DNA of 64,000 nucleotides from an uncultured Gammaproteobacteria bacterium (GTDB lineage Bacteria; Patescibacteriota; Microgenomatia; UBA1406; HO2-37-13b): NCBI GenBank assembly GCA_964422025.1, contig CAYQYZ010000005.1, positions 2,743 to 66,742 of the forward strand, read 5' to 3'. Shown piece by piece: positions 43,701 to 50,414 of this stretch (position 1 is its first letter; each line of letters starts with the position of its first letter). The notes under the pieces were generated by a model. It saw only the letters and a program-made list of their open reading frames with translations, ran no database searches and was not told where the DNA came from. The position numbers and the translations under genes were made by a program.

Positions 43701-43975
43701 AGCGCATTTACCGAGTTCCCAAATTGGCCACCCGCTACAACTTTTGAAGTGCCATAACGTTTTATGGTAAGCGCTGCATCGACCGCATTAATATGTCCAT
43801 CGCTATTTTTATCAGCAACTTCAAGAGCATTAAAATATGAAAGCACCGAGTAGCCAGCAGGAACTAACACGGTCTTGGCGAAGATAAAGTATCGAACGCC
43901 AATAACTGTAGCGATAGTCGTAATGACCAGGAGTCCAAGAAGTAGTATATTTTTTTTAAGGAGTGTGGATTGCAT
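37748..43975 (-). CDS. SpvB-N/Rhs (YD-repeat) shell protein, 2075 aa, without a C-terminal Rhs core or toxin; contains an inserted YGW module
   Basis: Signal anchor. EF-hand/dockerin-like DKNSDGHINAVDAAL. SpvB-type FDYPIAVPAGPGGIAPALSLSYSS. Many YD repeats (YDVLGNV, YDILGRL, YDNQGRQ, YDPFGRI). PT linker. YGW module at 38123-38638. No RYYxP...DPxG core motif. Confidence 0.85.
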   Translation of the reverse strand: MQSTLLKKNILLLGLLVITTIATVIGVRYFIFAKTVLVPAGYSVLSYFNALEVADKNSDGHINAVDAALTIKRYGTSKVVAGGQFGNSVNALERSFQLENLNVNIAAKKTEILANAENKRRYSEDLVVANESLLPVPQYVKEDKAFNQSAASRAQNTTQATALATTQTTTTSGGASAGGEGTGSKGADSGKTVIPSVLGTVSPYTGSAGFDYPIAVPAGPGGIAPALSLSYSSGSVDDALPYDDKYIAGQRDSDGSQVNAYAYKSVTSYVPFYAGYGFNLGGGGSIVRDTRQEKDVYVIKGDIHHRFLLNLPSGLSVELKYNNKTRRWVSIPEGFVKIDHLPPAPASEATTLGNGADIQPSIDGIMMPGSDYKLVDSGEWVITASDGSKYYFGEKKLQDKISADGGIHGRALLKTKDKRKVSGGDEETYDAVHHAITNNGGIYNEFDIADLCTGGTSGNPCDNWKNSDGQRVPGRFTKDKPVLLTTKWLLRRMETSDGRAIDYSYDSYQKYYGEFYSKGWENRLAYATVDSYLREITWNDGKHRVLLTRENRSDISDRQFTSMQRLSKIDVQTKLQADDKFHTVRRYELGYINDDKAMEPAGGRNEWKSSLLSSIQEYGTDADSTKTKTPPVTFQYKAYGFEDGPSGSTIYLSSIINGYGGETKYAYQPFTYPLVNGAGDMTRGPRRLRVIEKKVVDKTSTPNKSFRETYDYKDANGNESSWGFAERIRGESRTGREFLGHSQVEIKSYDFDSQKVLSHSKTQFFQFNGEIVANKPIKRHCVNGECEETTEPGFACFEPHMNKGRPSLEIVYNQLPGGGEIEASRKEVHYNYRTLEWNAANQGTIKEDKLDVTSKKCNGIGMNQPYFVYAKDTISTVTEPANPEFNKTGVLANLKETPVNTKTVKSENLAYDLFGNLLQSVSYGEVDEKKNDKDPKDNRYSFGYYLTGNPNWLNNLAYVTYSSDQKDCAPGNFACQYGRSEMWYDRFYINQPDIKIWEQKPVLGLVTQTKSFIETDANHDNKHDDPIVAYGGTEYLRLSNNPADQDTNPDNDTIDQRRGGPIKMYGPKPNLTSVKGDTFKDIADQITLLSQTKYDDYYHTLVQWSENALGHKTRLEDYDYLLQAPRKSFAQISKNPEVFSASRVEFDPLGRMVASFGPHPADPTKTFEYPQSINTQFDDRGDAGLATRQLSLVSQTNDGFHYVASDTFYDGMGKVRQTQVLSKKVMGAPKRLVSDAVYNAAGQQLEQFQLQEADAVTLPKVTTENYKTVIRSTPPALTTIPHTVVSRSVFDGLNRPVQSTVLDLENKTELVSRTAYYVNAQKAVNPKGVVTVATTDNLGRPSDALVIDPAGDQHSLTQNVYGQAMLDKPTTTTYKSLKNLDGGSVATTLVKYDKGGRIISSDEPSLGKSSFTYDVLGNVMSLTRADQETRSEYDILGRLIKTSYVNGTGELFNKVSETKSNIDYVYDSAPYALGKLVSITHHMGKDEFTYDNQGRQKTVKKTIGDKTYATTNGYNSLSQINKVEYPDNHVYTASYDEEGVAQTSTLNGKNLALNTIFDKFGNVYESQFVLGANTYVSRTPHDALGRIDQIGFAKKTGDTLQPYFFQQLNYDTFAQLSPLTEISFKDGKEDRTDYTYTYDSFARLVKADSSKFNTSYSYDPFGRITAKNENEPITYAYNNTFPFFAPKSISMPVVSEPSPTPTVAQSSPTLVPTSVESPNRIPTASPDGPSPTSKLKASPTPSKTPTPTKKPIGIPLPTAKITAGIFLTPIPTTVPPPMSCMFEPIAAIKLDDKGSLRSLTTTEAENFVTINDKRKAKYDVDSSKKEFWSTFTDGFLKACPPGGCDMKDKELCCVDEKNELPYAYKVGEKGFTGKIQPLVARANITLNDFTVGKKKYIVDRKYCTNMAGADGCPPDTEEVGGLRERGVPVTEIRNIQIGCNKRYEYGWIVKEDKLNPIEAFFRRFLPADRGIADEPRGAPAPAPQGTTNFRYNALGAMLEDNKQCYTYNRLNQLISMKIKKTSGVACDSADFIKTIYFYYDYAGTLVLQEEFKPATSKPSKQVYYFGAYEDEYSEE

Positions 43976-43978
43976 TAT

Positions 43979-44011
43979 TGAATGTATGGTGAATTAGTAC
44001 ACATACATTCA
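43979..44011. promoter_or_regulatory. Perfect 10-bp inverted repeat overlapping the -10/TSS region of the Rhs promoter (operator-like)
   Basis: TGAATGTATG (43979-43988), 13 nt loop, CATACATTCA (44002-44011). Confidence 0.5.
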
Positions 44012-44038
44012 TTGTAGGGATTATTTAGATAAAATCAA
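44011..44038 (-). promoter_or_regulatory. Candidate promoter of the Rhs operon
   Basis: Minus strand TTGATT (44038-44033), 16 nt spacer, TACAAT (44016-44011). ATG at 43975. Confidence 0.45.
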
Positions 44039-44051
44039 GTAGATTTTTGAC

Positions 44052-44489
44052 TTAGTTTTCGTCCGCTTTTGTTGGCGTAGCTTTTTCGGTTGGACCGGCT
44101 TTTCCGGTTGGAGCTGCTTGAGAAACATTGATTGTTCCGACTTCAATGATTTTGTCTTCTGATGGTCGATACAAAATTACTTTTTTAGATTTTACAAAGA
44201 TCAACAATTTGTCACCATTTTGAGCATTCTTAAAAAAGCTTTGGGTGGCAAGTTTTGACTTGTCTGAAACGGTTGCAAGCGTTGGTGATTCATCTTTAGG
44301 AAGTTCAATAAGCTTTTCGACCATTCCTACAACTTTTGCATCAGCGGCGGCAGCGGCCGTACTTCCTGGTTTAGATTGCGCACTCATTAATGCTTTTTGA
44401 ACATCTGTATACTGCATGTAAAAATAACCAGCCGCACCAAGTGCAACAACCACAACAAGAGCTAAAAGAGGTGTTAAATATTTATTCAT
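44052..44489 (-). CDS. Membrane-anchored protein, paralog of the N-terminal module of 58424-59197
   Basis: TM helix. ELPKDESPTLATVSDKSKLATQSFFKNAQNGDKLLIFVKSKKVILYRPSEDKIIEVGTINV aligns with ELPKGETPTVATVTDPVQLKSQPFFASAQIGDKVLVYINARKGVLYRPSTNRIINVSPINV. Confidence 0.6.
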   Translation of the reverse strand: MNKYLTPLLALVVVVALGAAGYFYMQYTDVQKALMSAQSKPGSTAAAAADAKVVGMVEKLIELPKDESPTLATVSDKSKLATQSFFKNAQNGDKLLIFVKSKKVILYRPSEDKIIEVGTINVSQAAPTGKAGPTEKATPTKADEN

Positions 44490-44497
44490 ATCTTCAT

Positions 44498-44548
44498 ATA
44501 TTACATATGCATTTTTCTATTGTCAAGCATATATATATTTGCTATCCT
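44498..44548. promoter_or_regulatory. Back-to-back divergent promoters sharing the TTGTCAA -35 region; both appear leaderless
   Basis: Plus strand: TTGTCA (44520-25), 17 nt, TATCCT (44543-48), 6 nt, ATG 44555. Minus strand: TTGACA (44526-21), 17 nt, TAATAT (44503-498), 8 nt, ATG 44489. Confidence 0.55.
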
Positions 44549-44554
44549 AATTCC

Positions 44555-44797
44555 ATGGCCCACTATCACGAACACGTAAAACGATCCGTTGCAAAGGCAC
44601 TCACGTTTAGAAGTATTATTATCGTGTCAGACGTTATTATTGTGTACGCCATTACCAACCGTATAGATCTTACGCTTGGAGTACTGTTTTTTTCTAATGT
44701 TTCAAGCACCACCATTTACTTTTTCCACGAACGTTTTTGGAATACAGTGAAATGGGGAAAGAGTCATAATGGACATGGATCCAAAAAGAAACGATGA
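44555..44797 (+). CDS. DUF2061-like small membrane protein
   Basis: KRSVAKALTFR....V.....ITNR......L.....S...YFFHERFWN pattern with two TM helices. Start set at MAHYHEH. Confidence 0.55.
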   Translation: MAHYHEHVKRSVAKALTFRSIIIVSDVIIVYAITNRIDLTLGVLFFSNVSSTTIYFFHERFWNTVKWGKSHNGHGSKKKR

Positions 44798-44936
44798 CTT
44801 ATACTGAGCGTATTTCTTCTATGAACTCATCAGTCAAAGGCTTTAAGAGGCTTTCAGTGCATACAGTAAGCCCATCTGCCGGTCGTGCGCCGCCAAAGGC
44901 TCTGCCGACGGAGCGCAGACAGGGAAATTTATGAAA

Positions 44937-46040
44937 TTAATCTTTGAATGTATGATTGATTACTTCAACCGCGCGCGCGAAAACGGTTTTTCGTCTCTCT
45001 TGCTCTCGCTTAGGAGCACCCTTGAGACGATTTGCAATTTGTTGTGAACTTAAACCTTTGTAAACTTCACCATAAGCTGTTAAAACTAAATTATCCCCTT
45101 CTCGTCGTATTGCAATTTCTCCTGGTTTGCCAAGAGGTTCATGTTCGGTTTGTAAAAGTAATAAAATTGTTGTTGGCGTAGTCGGCTTTCCTTGTTCGTT
45201 GAGTGCGCGACATACGGTCATTGCTTGTAAAACACTAGTGACGGGTTCCGTTCCATGATCCACATATGCGTCTTTTGCAAGTTTCTTTAAATTTCGTAAT
45301 TCTTTTTTATTCCATGCATGCAGCATATGGCGATATCTATCAGTCTGAGCCATATGATCTCTTACCGCTTCTATTCCTTGCATACTCTCATCCCCTGTTA
45401 GTGTTTCTAAAAAAAAGTCTCGTTCTAGTAAATAATTCAGTTTCATACGTATCAGTGTTTCTTTGGCTCGATTCATTGCTGTATCAATACGTTTTCGCTT
45501 AAAATCCAGCAATTCATTCCTATATACAACTGCTCCTCCTGCGGCAGCTAAGCCGACCGTCAACACTGCTCCTACAATAAAATCATCTTCATAGGGTACA
45601 ATGCGCCCTTTGGGAAGTTCAACTGATTGTGGTGTAGGGGATGGTACTATCTCCAATAGTTCTGGAGTAGCTGTTGGCACTTCAATTACAACATGCGTAG
45701 GCTCCTTTGGAGTATCACGAATAACCCCACTTTTTTGTCCATTCGCCGAAGTCACTTCTTGATCGTATGGCTGTTCCTCGGTAATAGGCTTGTGATATAT
45801 CCAGTCTTCTCCGTATGCATCGCGCAGATCTTGAACCAGCTCATCTTCACGCATTTGATCAAGACTCGACTGACCCATTCCCGGTTTTCCTGTTTGCGCA
45901 ACTGGTTTTTCTAAAATCGCATGGGTTCCGGGAACATGATGCGGCGCGTCAAAAGTAAATTGAGCTCCATTTGGAGCACCAAAATCGCCCCAAAGGGCAG
46001 TATCAGGCATGTTAATAGACGTTGTTATTTCTCGGGACAT
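44937..46040 (-). CDS. Hypothetical single-pass membrane protein (367 aa)
   Basis: Central TM helix (VGAVLTVGLAAAGGAVV). No recognised motif. Confidence 0.6.
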   Translation of the reverse strand: MSREITTSINMPDTALWGDFGAPNGAQFTFDAPHHVPGTHAILEKPVAQTGKPGMGQSSLDQMREDELVQDLRDAYGEDWIYHKPITEEQPYDQEVTSANGQKSGVIRDTPKEPTHVVIEVPTATPELLEIVPSPTPQSVELPKGRIVPYEDDFIVGAVLTVGLAAAGGAVVYRNELLDFKRKRIDTAMNRAKETLIRMKLNYLLERDFFLETLTGDESMQGIEAVRDHMAQTDRYRHMLHAWNKKELRNLKKLAKDAYVDHGTEPVTSVLQAMTVCRALNEQGKPTTPTTILLLLQTEHEPLGKPGEIAIRREGDNLVLTAYGEVYKGLSSQQIANRLKGAPKREQERRKTVFARAVEVINHTFKD

Positions 46041-46087
46041 AGGCAGTAGTATACCATGATACTATAGGGAAGTAAATAGGACGGTGC

Positions 46088-46636
46088 CTATATCGGATCT
46101 TTTTTTAGCTTCAATTGAAATCCTACATAAGTTACAAGAATATGGAGAATAAAGAAAATGAGGATTGTTTGCGTGTACTCAACAATAGAAAGTGCAATGA
46201 GAGGGAAAATAAATATAGCTGCTCCCACAATATAATCAATCTGATCGTACGGAAACCAACTTTTTCCCGATTCGATGCCTAGTTGCCGTTTAAAAAAACT
46301 CTCTACCGCGTCACCAATAAGCGCTCCTGCGCCCAGGAGAGTACCAAGCATGAAAGTGCTCTGTGTGGGATAGTGCAGCAAACTTACCGTCTGTATAAAT
46401 TCTGATGATAGAAAAAGCTGTTTTTGTACATATACCGTAGCAATTCCCAATAAAATTCCAGAAATAAGTCCCCGGATTGTTTTATGGTCTCCCAATAATC
46501 TTTTTCCCCGATATTGTACGTAAAAATCCATGGGGAAATCGAGCGTTTTTAGCCACGGAATTTTGCTGGCAAAAATAGGTGCCATATTCGCAATTCCTGC
46601 GGGTAAAAAGAGCCATATGAGAGCTAGAATATTCAT
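46088..46636 (-). CDS. CDP-archaeol synthase family (CarS/DUF46) CTP-dependent lipid cytidylyltransferase
   Basis: LFLPAGIANMAP...GKRLLGDHKTIRG...GALIGDAVESFFKRQLGI..G...P.YDQID matches my recollection of archaeal CarS (GKRILGDGKTWRG; FGDLCGSFIKRRFG; DQL). Confidence 0.7.
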   Translation of the reverse strand: MNILALIWLFLPAGIANMAPIFASKIPWLKTLDFPMDFYVQYRGKRLLGDHKTIRGLISGILLGIATVYVQKQLFLSSEFIQTVSLLHYPTQSTFMLGTLLGAGALIGDAVESFFKRQLGIESGKSWFPYDQIDYIVGAAIFIFPLIALSIVEYTQTILIFFILHILVTYVGFQLKLKKDPI

Positions 46637-47550
46637 ACGTTTTTAAAAGGTAATGCCGGTAACGTAATATATTTATCGCTGTTACGTAAAAAAGTAACTG
46701 CTTTGGGCAAAACTTCGATAGACAACAACTCATCTTCGCGTTCCGGATCGCCATCTACTTGAATAAGCGACTCGCCTTTAATAGCAATTTTTGACGCTTT
46801 AAAATGCACCTTGCCTGATTCACTGTAAAACGGATGTTTAAACCCCCGCAAACGCAAATTCGTTATATACGTATATCGGCTTGAAAAAAGCGTGCAATCG
46901 AGCAATCCATCATTCAAAGCAGCAGCCGGCGATGTAAGAAAATTTTTTCCGATAATGGGACAGTTGGCGATGACTAAACTCGATGATTCGATGGTCATAT
47001 GTACTTTATCGTCGATAATGAGAGTTAGTTGTTTCTTCTTGTGCTCAATGAATCCACGTATTGCAGAAAGTACATACGAACGAATACCAATATATTTATT
47101 ATTTGCCCGCAAATGTACTATGCGCGCATCAAAACCAACACTAATATTAAATACGCCTATCGGGTGATTTTTGAGCGATGTTTTCATGAGATCAATGGTA
47201 ATAGGGGTCCCCTGTTGCAAAACATATACTGCTTTTTCAAGCGTTTCAACACCAAGACAATATGCGAGCGCATTTCCAAAGCCAAACGGAATAATTGCAA
47301 GCTGTGGTTTATGCTTCATGCTTAAAACTGCCTGACAAACGATATTTATAGTACCGTCTCCGCCGATTATGACTACCCGCGCCGGATTATCTTTTATAAG
47401 ATAATCCTTCACGTCTGTAATTTTTGTAATATCAACTGGAGTTTGTGGGAGTATGCCTGGATATTGCTTGTGTGCGCGATTCCAGCTACGCATAGCATTT
47501 CCTTCGTTTGAAAATGGATTGATTAAAAAAAGCGTTTTGGGGTTATTCAT
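46633..47550 (-). CDS. Diacylglycerol-kinase-fold lipid kinase (YegS/BmrU family)
   Basis: VVIIGGDGTIN catalytic-domain motif; family-typical length; 4-nt overlap with the CarS-like gene. Confidence 0.8.
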   Translation of the reverse strand: MNNPKTLFLINPFSNEGNAMRSWNRAHKQYPGILPQTPVDITKITDVKDYLIKDNPARVVIIGGDGTINIVCQAVLSMKHKPQLAIIPFGFGNALAYCLGVETLEKAVYVLQQGTPITIDLMKTSLKNHPIGVFNISVGFDARIVHLRANNKYIGIRSYVLSAIRGFIEHKKKQLTLIIDDKVHMTIESSSLVIANCPIIGKNFLTSPAAALNDGLLDCTLFSSRYTYITNLRLRGFKHPFYSESGKVHFKASKIAIKGESLIQVDGDPEREDELLSIEVLPKAVTFLRNSDKYITLPALPFKNV

Positions 47551-48196
47551 GGATAAAGTTTTTTTTAAGCATATTTATTTTTGGGCATAACAGCGAGTAC
47601 ATTGGAGCGTATTTTGTATGTAATTGCGCGTTTGCTAATTGACTCACGAGGGTCTGTTTAGTAATTTTATCAGAAACTGTCGCAAAACTATTCCCCACTC
47701 CTGCGCGGCAATGGGCGTCACTACTGGCAGTGGTAACAAGGGAGTGTTGGTGCGCGAGTTCCTGTACTTCCCTGTTTTTATTCGTAAACAATCCCCTACC
47801 ATTAAATACTTCGACAATATCCACATACTCTACTAGTGAGCTTAAACTGGCTACGGACAGCCCGCTACGCATCGTTTCAAACGGATGTGGAATATACACG
47901 AGTCCTTTTTGCTTTTTAATCTGTGTAATGGTTTCGCGGGCCGACAAATGGGGCTCAATTTTTTCAGAAAGAAACAGGCCAATAATTTCACCTTCAGTCG
48001 TCATGATCTCTTCCCCGACAATTATCGCTTCCCCAAGGGTTTTATGCGCCTCTTGAGCAAACGCAATTTCGTTATGATCGGTAATGGCAATGTAATCCAA
48101 TGTTCGGACAGAGAGTAAACGCGAATAATCAGAAATCGACAAACCTCCGTCGGGCGATAGTGTAGAATGAGTATGTAAATCAACGTTATACGACAT
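47543..48196 (-). CDS. PHP-domain metal-dependent phosphoesterase
   Basis: VDLHTHSTLSPDGG, AITDHN and PHP motifs. Start set at MSYNVDLH, which abuts the divergent ATG at 48197 (CATATG). Confidence 0.75.
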   Translation of the reverse strand: MSYNVDLHTHSTLSPDGGLSISDYSRLLSVRTLDYIAITDHNEIAFAQEAHKTLGEAIIVGEEIMTTEGEIIGLFLSEKIEPHLSARETITQIKKQKGLVYIPHPFETMRSGLSVASLSSLVEYVDIVEVFNGRGLFTNKNREVQELAHQHSLVTTASSDAHCRAGVGNSFATVSDKITKQTLVSQLANAQLHTKYAPMYSLLCPKINMLKKNFIHE

Positions 48197-48787
48197 ATGC
48201 TTTCTCAGTATAAACCAGCCATAGAAAAAAGAGTGACCCAATTTGCCGGGAACATTCCCCTGAGTCCAAATACGGTAACACTGCTCGGAGTTGTGCCTGC
48301 CTTATTATTCGTATATTTTTTGAATGCGGGAAATTATGCAGCCGCACTCGTGGTTTATTTAGGAAGCTTTTTGGATTTCATTGATGGTGCCATTGCCCGT
48401 TCACAAGGAAAAACAAGTAAGTTTGGCGGATTTTTGGATTCGGTTGTTGATCGCGGAGTAGATTTTATGCTCATATGCGCATTCGGATTTGCAGGTTTGG
48501 TCCGCTGGGAAATTATTGTACCCCTCGCGCTTGTTTCATTTTTAATTAGCTACGCACGATCGCGCGGAGAGCTTGCAAGCGGTGGCAGCGTTATATTTAA
48601 TGTAGGGATCGTGGAACGAACGGAGCGGCTGATTACAATATATGTAGGATTTATTTTGTTCTTACTCTTTCCATTAGTTCGTATTCAAACAATGAATGTG
48701 TTGGAGATTGTTTTTGTGATTTTACTTATCCTTTCCGGATTCACCGTGTGGCAGCGAGTGAAATATGCGTACGAAAAATTACAGTAA
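48197..48787 (+). CDS. CDP-alcohol phosphatidyltransferase
   Basis: DFIDGAIAR-x8-GGFLDSVVD matches DG-x2-AR-x8-G-x3-D-x3-D; polytopic. Confidence 0.85.
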   Translation: MLSQYKPAIEKRVTQFAGNIPLSPNTVTLLGVVPALLFVYFLNAGNYAAALVVYLGSFLDFIDGAIARSQGKTSKFGGFLDSVVDRGVDFMLICAFGFAGLVRWEIIVPLALVSFLISYARSRGELASGGSVIFNVGIVERTERLITIYVGFILFLLFPLVRIQTMNVLEIVFVILLILSGFTVWQRVKYAYEKLQ

Positions 48788-48796
48788 ATGTGTGGG

Positions 48797-48883
48797 CGGA
48801 GGAGGTGGGATTTGAACCCACGTGAGTATTTCTACTCAGGGGATTAGCAATCCCCCGCAATGGACCAGCTATGCGACTCCTCC
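48797..48883 (-). tRNA. tRNA-Ser(GCT)
   Basis: Reverse complement: acceptor GGAGGAG/CTCCTCC, anticodon arm GGGGA-TTGCTAA-TCCCC, long variable arm, T-arm GTGGG-TTCAAAT-CCCAC. Confidence 0.9.
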
Positions 48884-48934
48884 AGATGTGGCAAACTGCA
48901 GATATTATAGCATGAAACATTTCCTAAACAGTGG

Positions 48935-49360
48935 CTAACCCAACGATTTTAGATGTTGGTATATTTTTTCAACAGTACGTTTATTAATAGCATGATGTGG
49001 ACCCTTGTGTGAGAGTAATGCTCCTGAAAACGTTTTAGGAATATGCATAAGCTCGTGAATAATTACCTTTATTTTTTCCGTTTCAGGGAGCTTATCGTAA
49101 TAATGTGATAGGACTTCGATAACATATGTTGGTGGAATACCTGCAGCCTCATGGAAAATGCGAGCTGTTCCCCATACGCGAGCATAGGCACGCGCCTTAC
49201 TGTAGTTACTGCGAACCGTGTGAATGTTTTGCAATTTAATATGTGGCATTGGAAGTGAGCCGACTACTTCATGCACGATTTCCATAACGTCGGGTGCGGG
49301 CTCAAATTCCATCTTCATTACTTTCTTTTTCTTTCTTCCAAAAATCATGTCCTTAATCAT
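48935..49360 (-). CDS. Predicted small HExxH metallopeptidase (SprT/DUF45-like)
   Basis: VIIHELMHIP motif. 141 aa. 4-nt overlap with the upstream gene. Confidence 0.5.
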   Translation of the reverse strand: MIKDMIFGRKKKKVMKMEFEPAPDVMEIVHEVVGSLPMPHIKLQNIHTVRSNYSKARAYARVWGTARIFHEAAGIPPTYVIEVLSHYYDKLPETEKIKVIIHELMHIPKTFSGALLSHKGPHHAINKRTVEKIYQHLKSLG

Positions 49361-50220
49361 AGCATATTTTTCATTTTTCGCTCAAAATCATCTGGATAAA
49401 ACCACATCTGAGTATTACTAACTAGCTCATTTATTAGGTGTTTAGCTATGATTTTCTGTTGTAACTTTTTGAACAGCAATTCGAGTAGTGAGCTGAGTGG
49501 ATTGAGTCGAACTCGGGAGTAATGAGCGGTTTGGGGAGCTATTTGCGGTCGTGTCATATTTGGGAGAAACGTATATACCCATGAATTAGCTTCTAAGAAT
49601 CGTTCGTATATGCTGTTTTTAACAATTTGCGGTTTCATATGGGCGATTTCGTGCGCAATATATAGGGTACGCTTATGATCTGGAACGGCCAAATCACTAC
49701 CATCGAAAAATAGATTCAAACATACTTTTCCGGGAGCATTTTTTACGCCTCGTTTGCGACGAAGGCCTAGGAGTGTTGCGAGGAGAAGGAGTAATATGCG
49801 CACTGTCCATACTTGTCCGGGGGCACTAATAACAAAAAAATCCACATCATCATTTTTGCCCGAATTTTTCATTGCAAGCGATCCTGAAAGTCCGATCAAA
49901 TATACTGGGGCAAGGTATCTTGCAACCGATAGGAATAAATTCACTGCAGCAAGTTTTTCATCGGCAGATTTAATTTTTCGCTCAATCTCGTGGAGGGTTA
50001 TACCCTGGGGGGGCAGTGTATAGAAGCTTGTCCCAGCAACATCTTCTGTTAAAATACGCTTTTCAGCTACGGCCGTGCGTAGTATAAGATCCATGTGACG
50101 ACGTGAGACTTTGTATGGATATGCAATATAGATGTCATCTAGGGTAGCTGCATACCGAAAGAAAGCATAGTATTTTAGAACGCGAATAAGTCCAGTAAGT
50201 TCATCAGGCTGAAGTGGCAT
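49357..50220 (-). CDS. Pol-beta-superfamily nucleotidyltransferase domain protein
   Basis: GLSGSLAMKNSGKNDDVDFFVI matches the GS-x9+-DxD nucleotidyltransferase signature. Confidence 0.55.
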   Translation of the reverse strand: MPLQPDELTGLIRVLKYYAFFRYAATLDDIYIAYPYKVSRRHMDLILRTAVAEKRILTEDVAGTSFYTLPPQGITLHEIERKIKSADEKLAAVNLFLSVARYLAPVYLIGLSGSLAMKNSGKNDDVDFFVISAPGQVWTVRILLLLLATLLGLRRKRGVKNAPGKVCLNLFFDGSDLAVPDHKRTLYIAHEIAHMKPQIVKNSIYERFLEANSWVYTFLPNMTRPQIAPQTAHYSRVRLNPLSSLLELLFKKLQQKIIAKHLINELVSNTQMWFYPDDFERKMKNML

Positions 50221-50244
50221 ACACTATTATATACCTCTTAATAT

Positions 50245-50380
50245 ACGGCGCGAGATATCTGATTTGCCAGCTTTGTCAACCTCCGAGGTGGAACGTGCCT
50301 AGACAACCTTCGAGGTTGTACGTGCGTATTCAACCTACCAGGTTGTTTTATATGATGAGGATTAGGATATCGAGCGGAGT
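50245..50380. repeat. Family-2 element variant (136 bp) whose core is replaced by three family-3 hairpins
   Basis: Same ends as 20037-20120 (acggcgcgagatatctg ... gatatcgagcggagt). The interior (50272-50350) matches 3272-3322. Confidence 0.8.
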
Positions 50381-50384
50381 ATGC

Positions 50385-50414
50385 GGAGATTCTTCGCCTT
50401 CGGCTCAGAATGAC
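50385..50414. repeat. Family-1 repeat (reverse orientation) forming the last codons and the stop codon of the TagA-family gene
   Basis: ggagattcttcgccttcggctcagaatgac. On the minus strand it reads ...ttg tca ttc tga = L S F stop. Confidence 0.85.
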
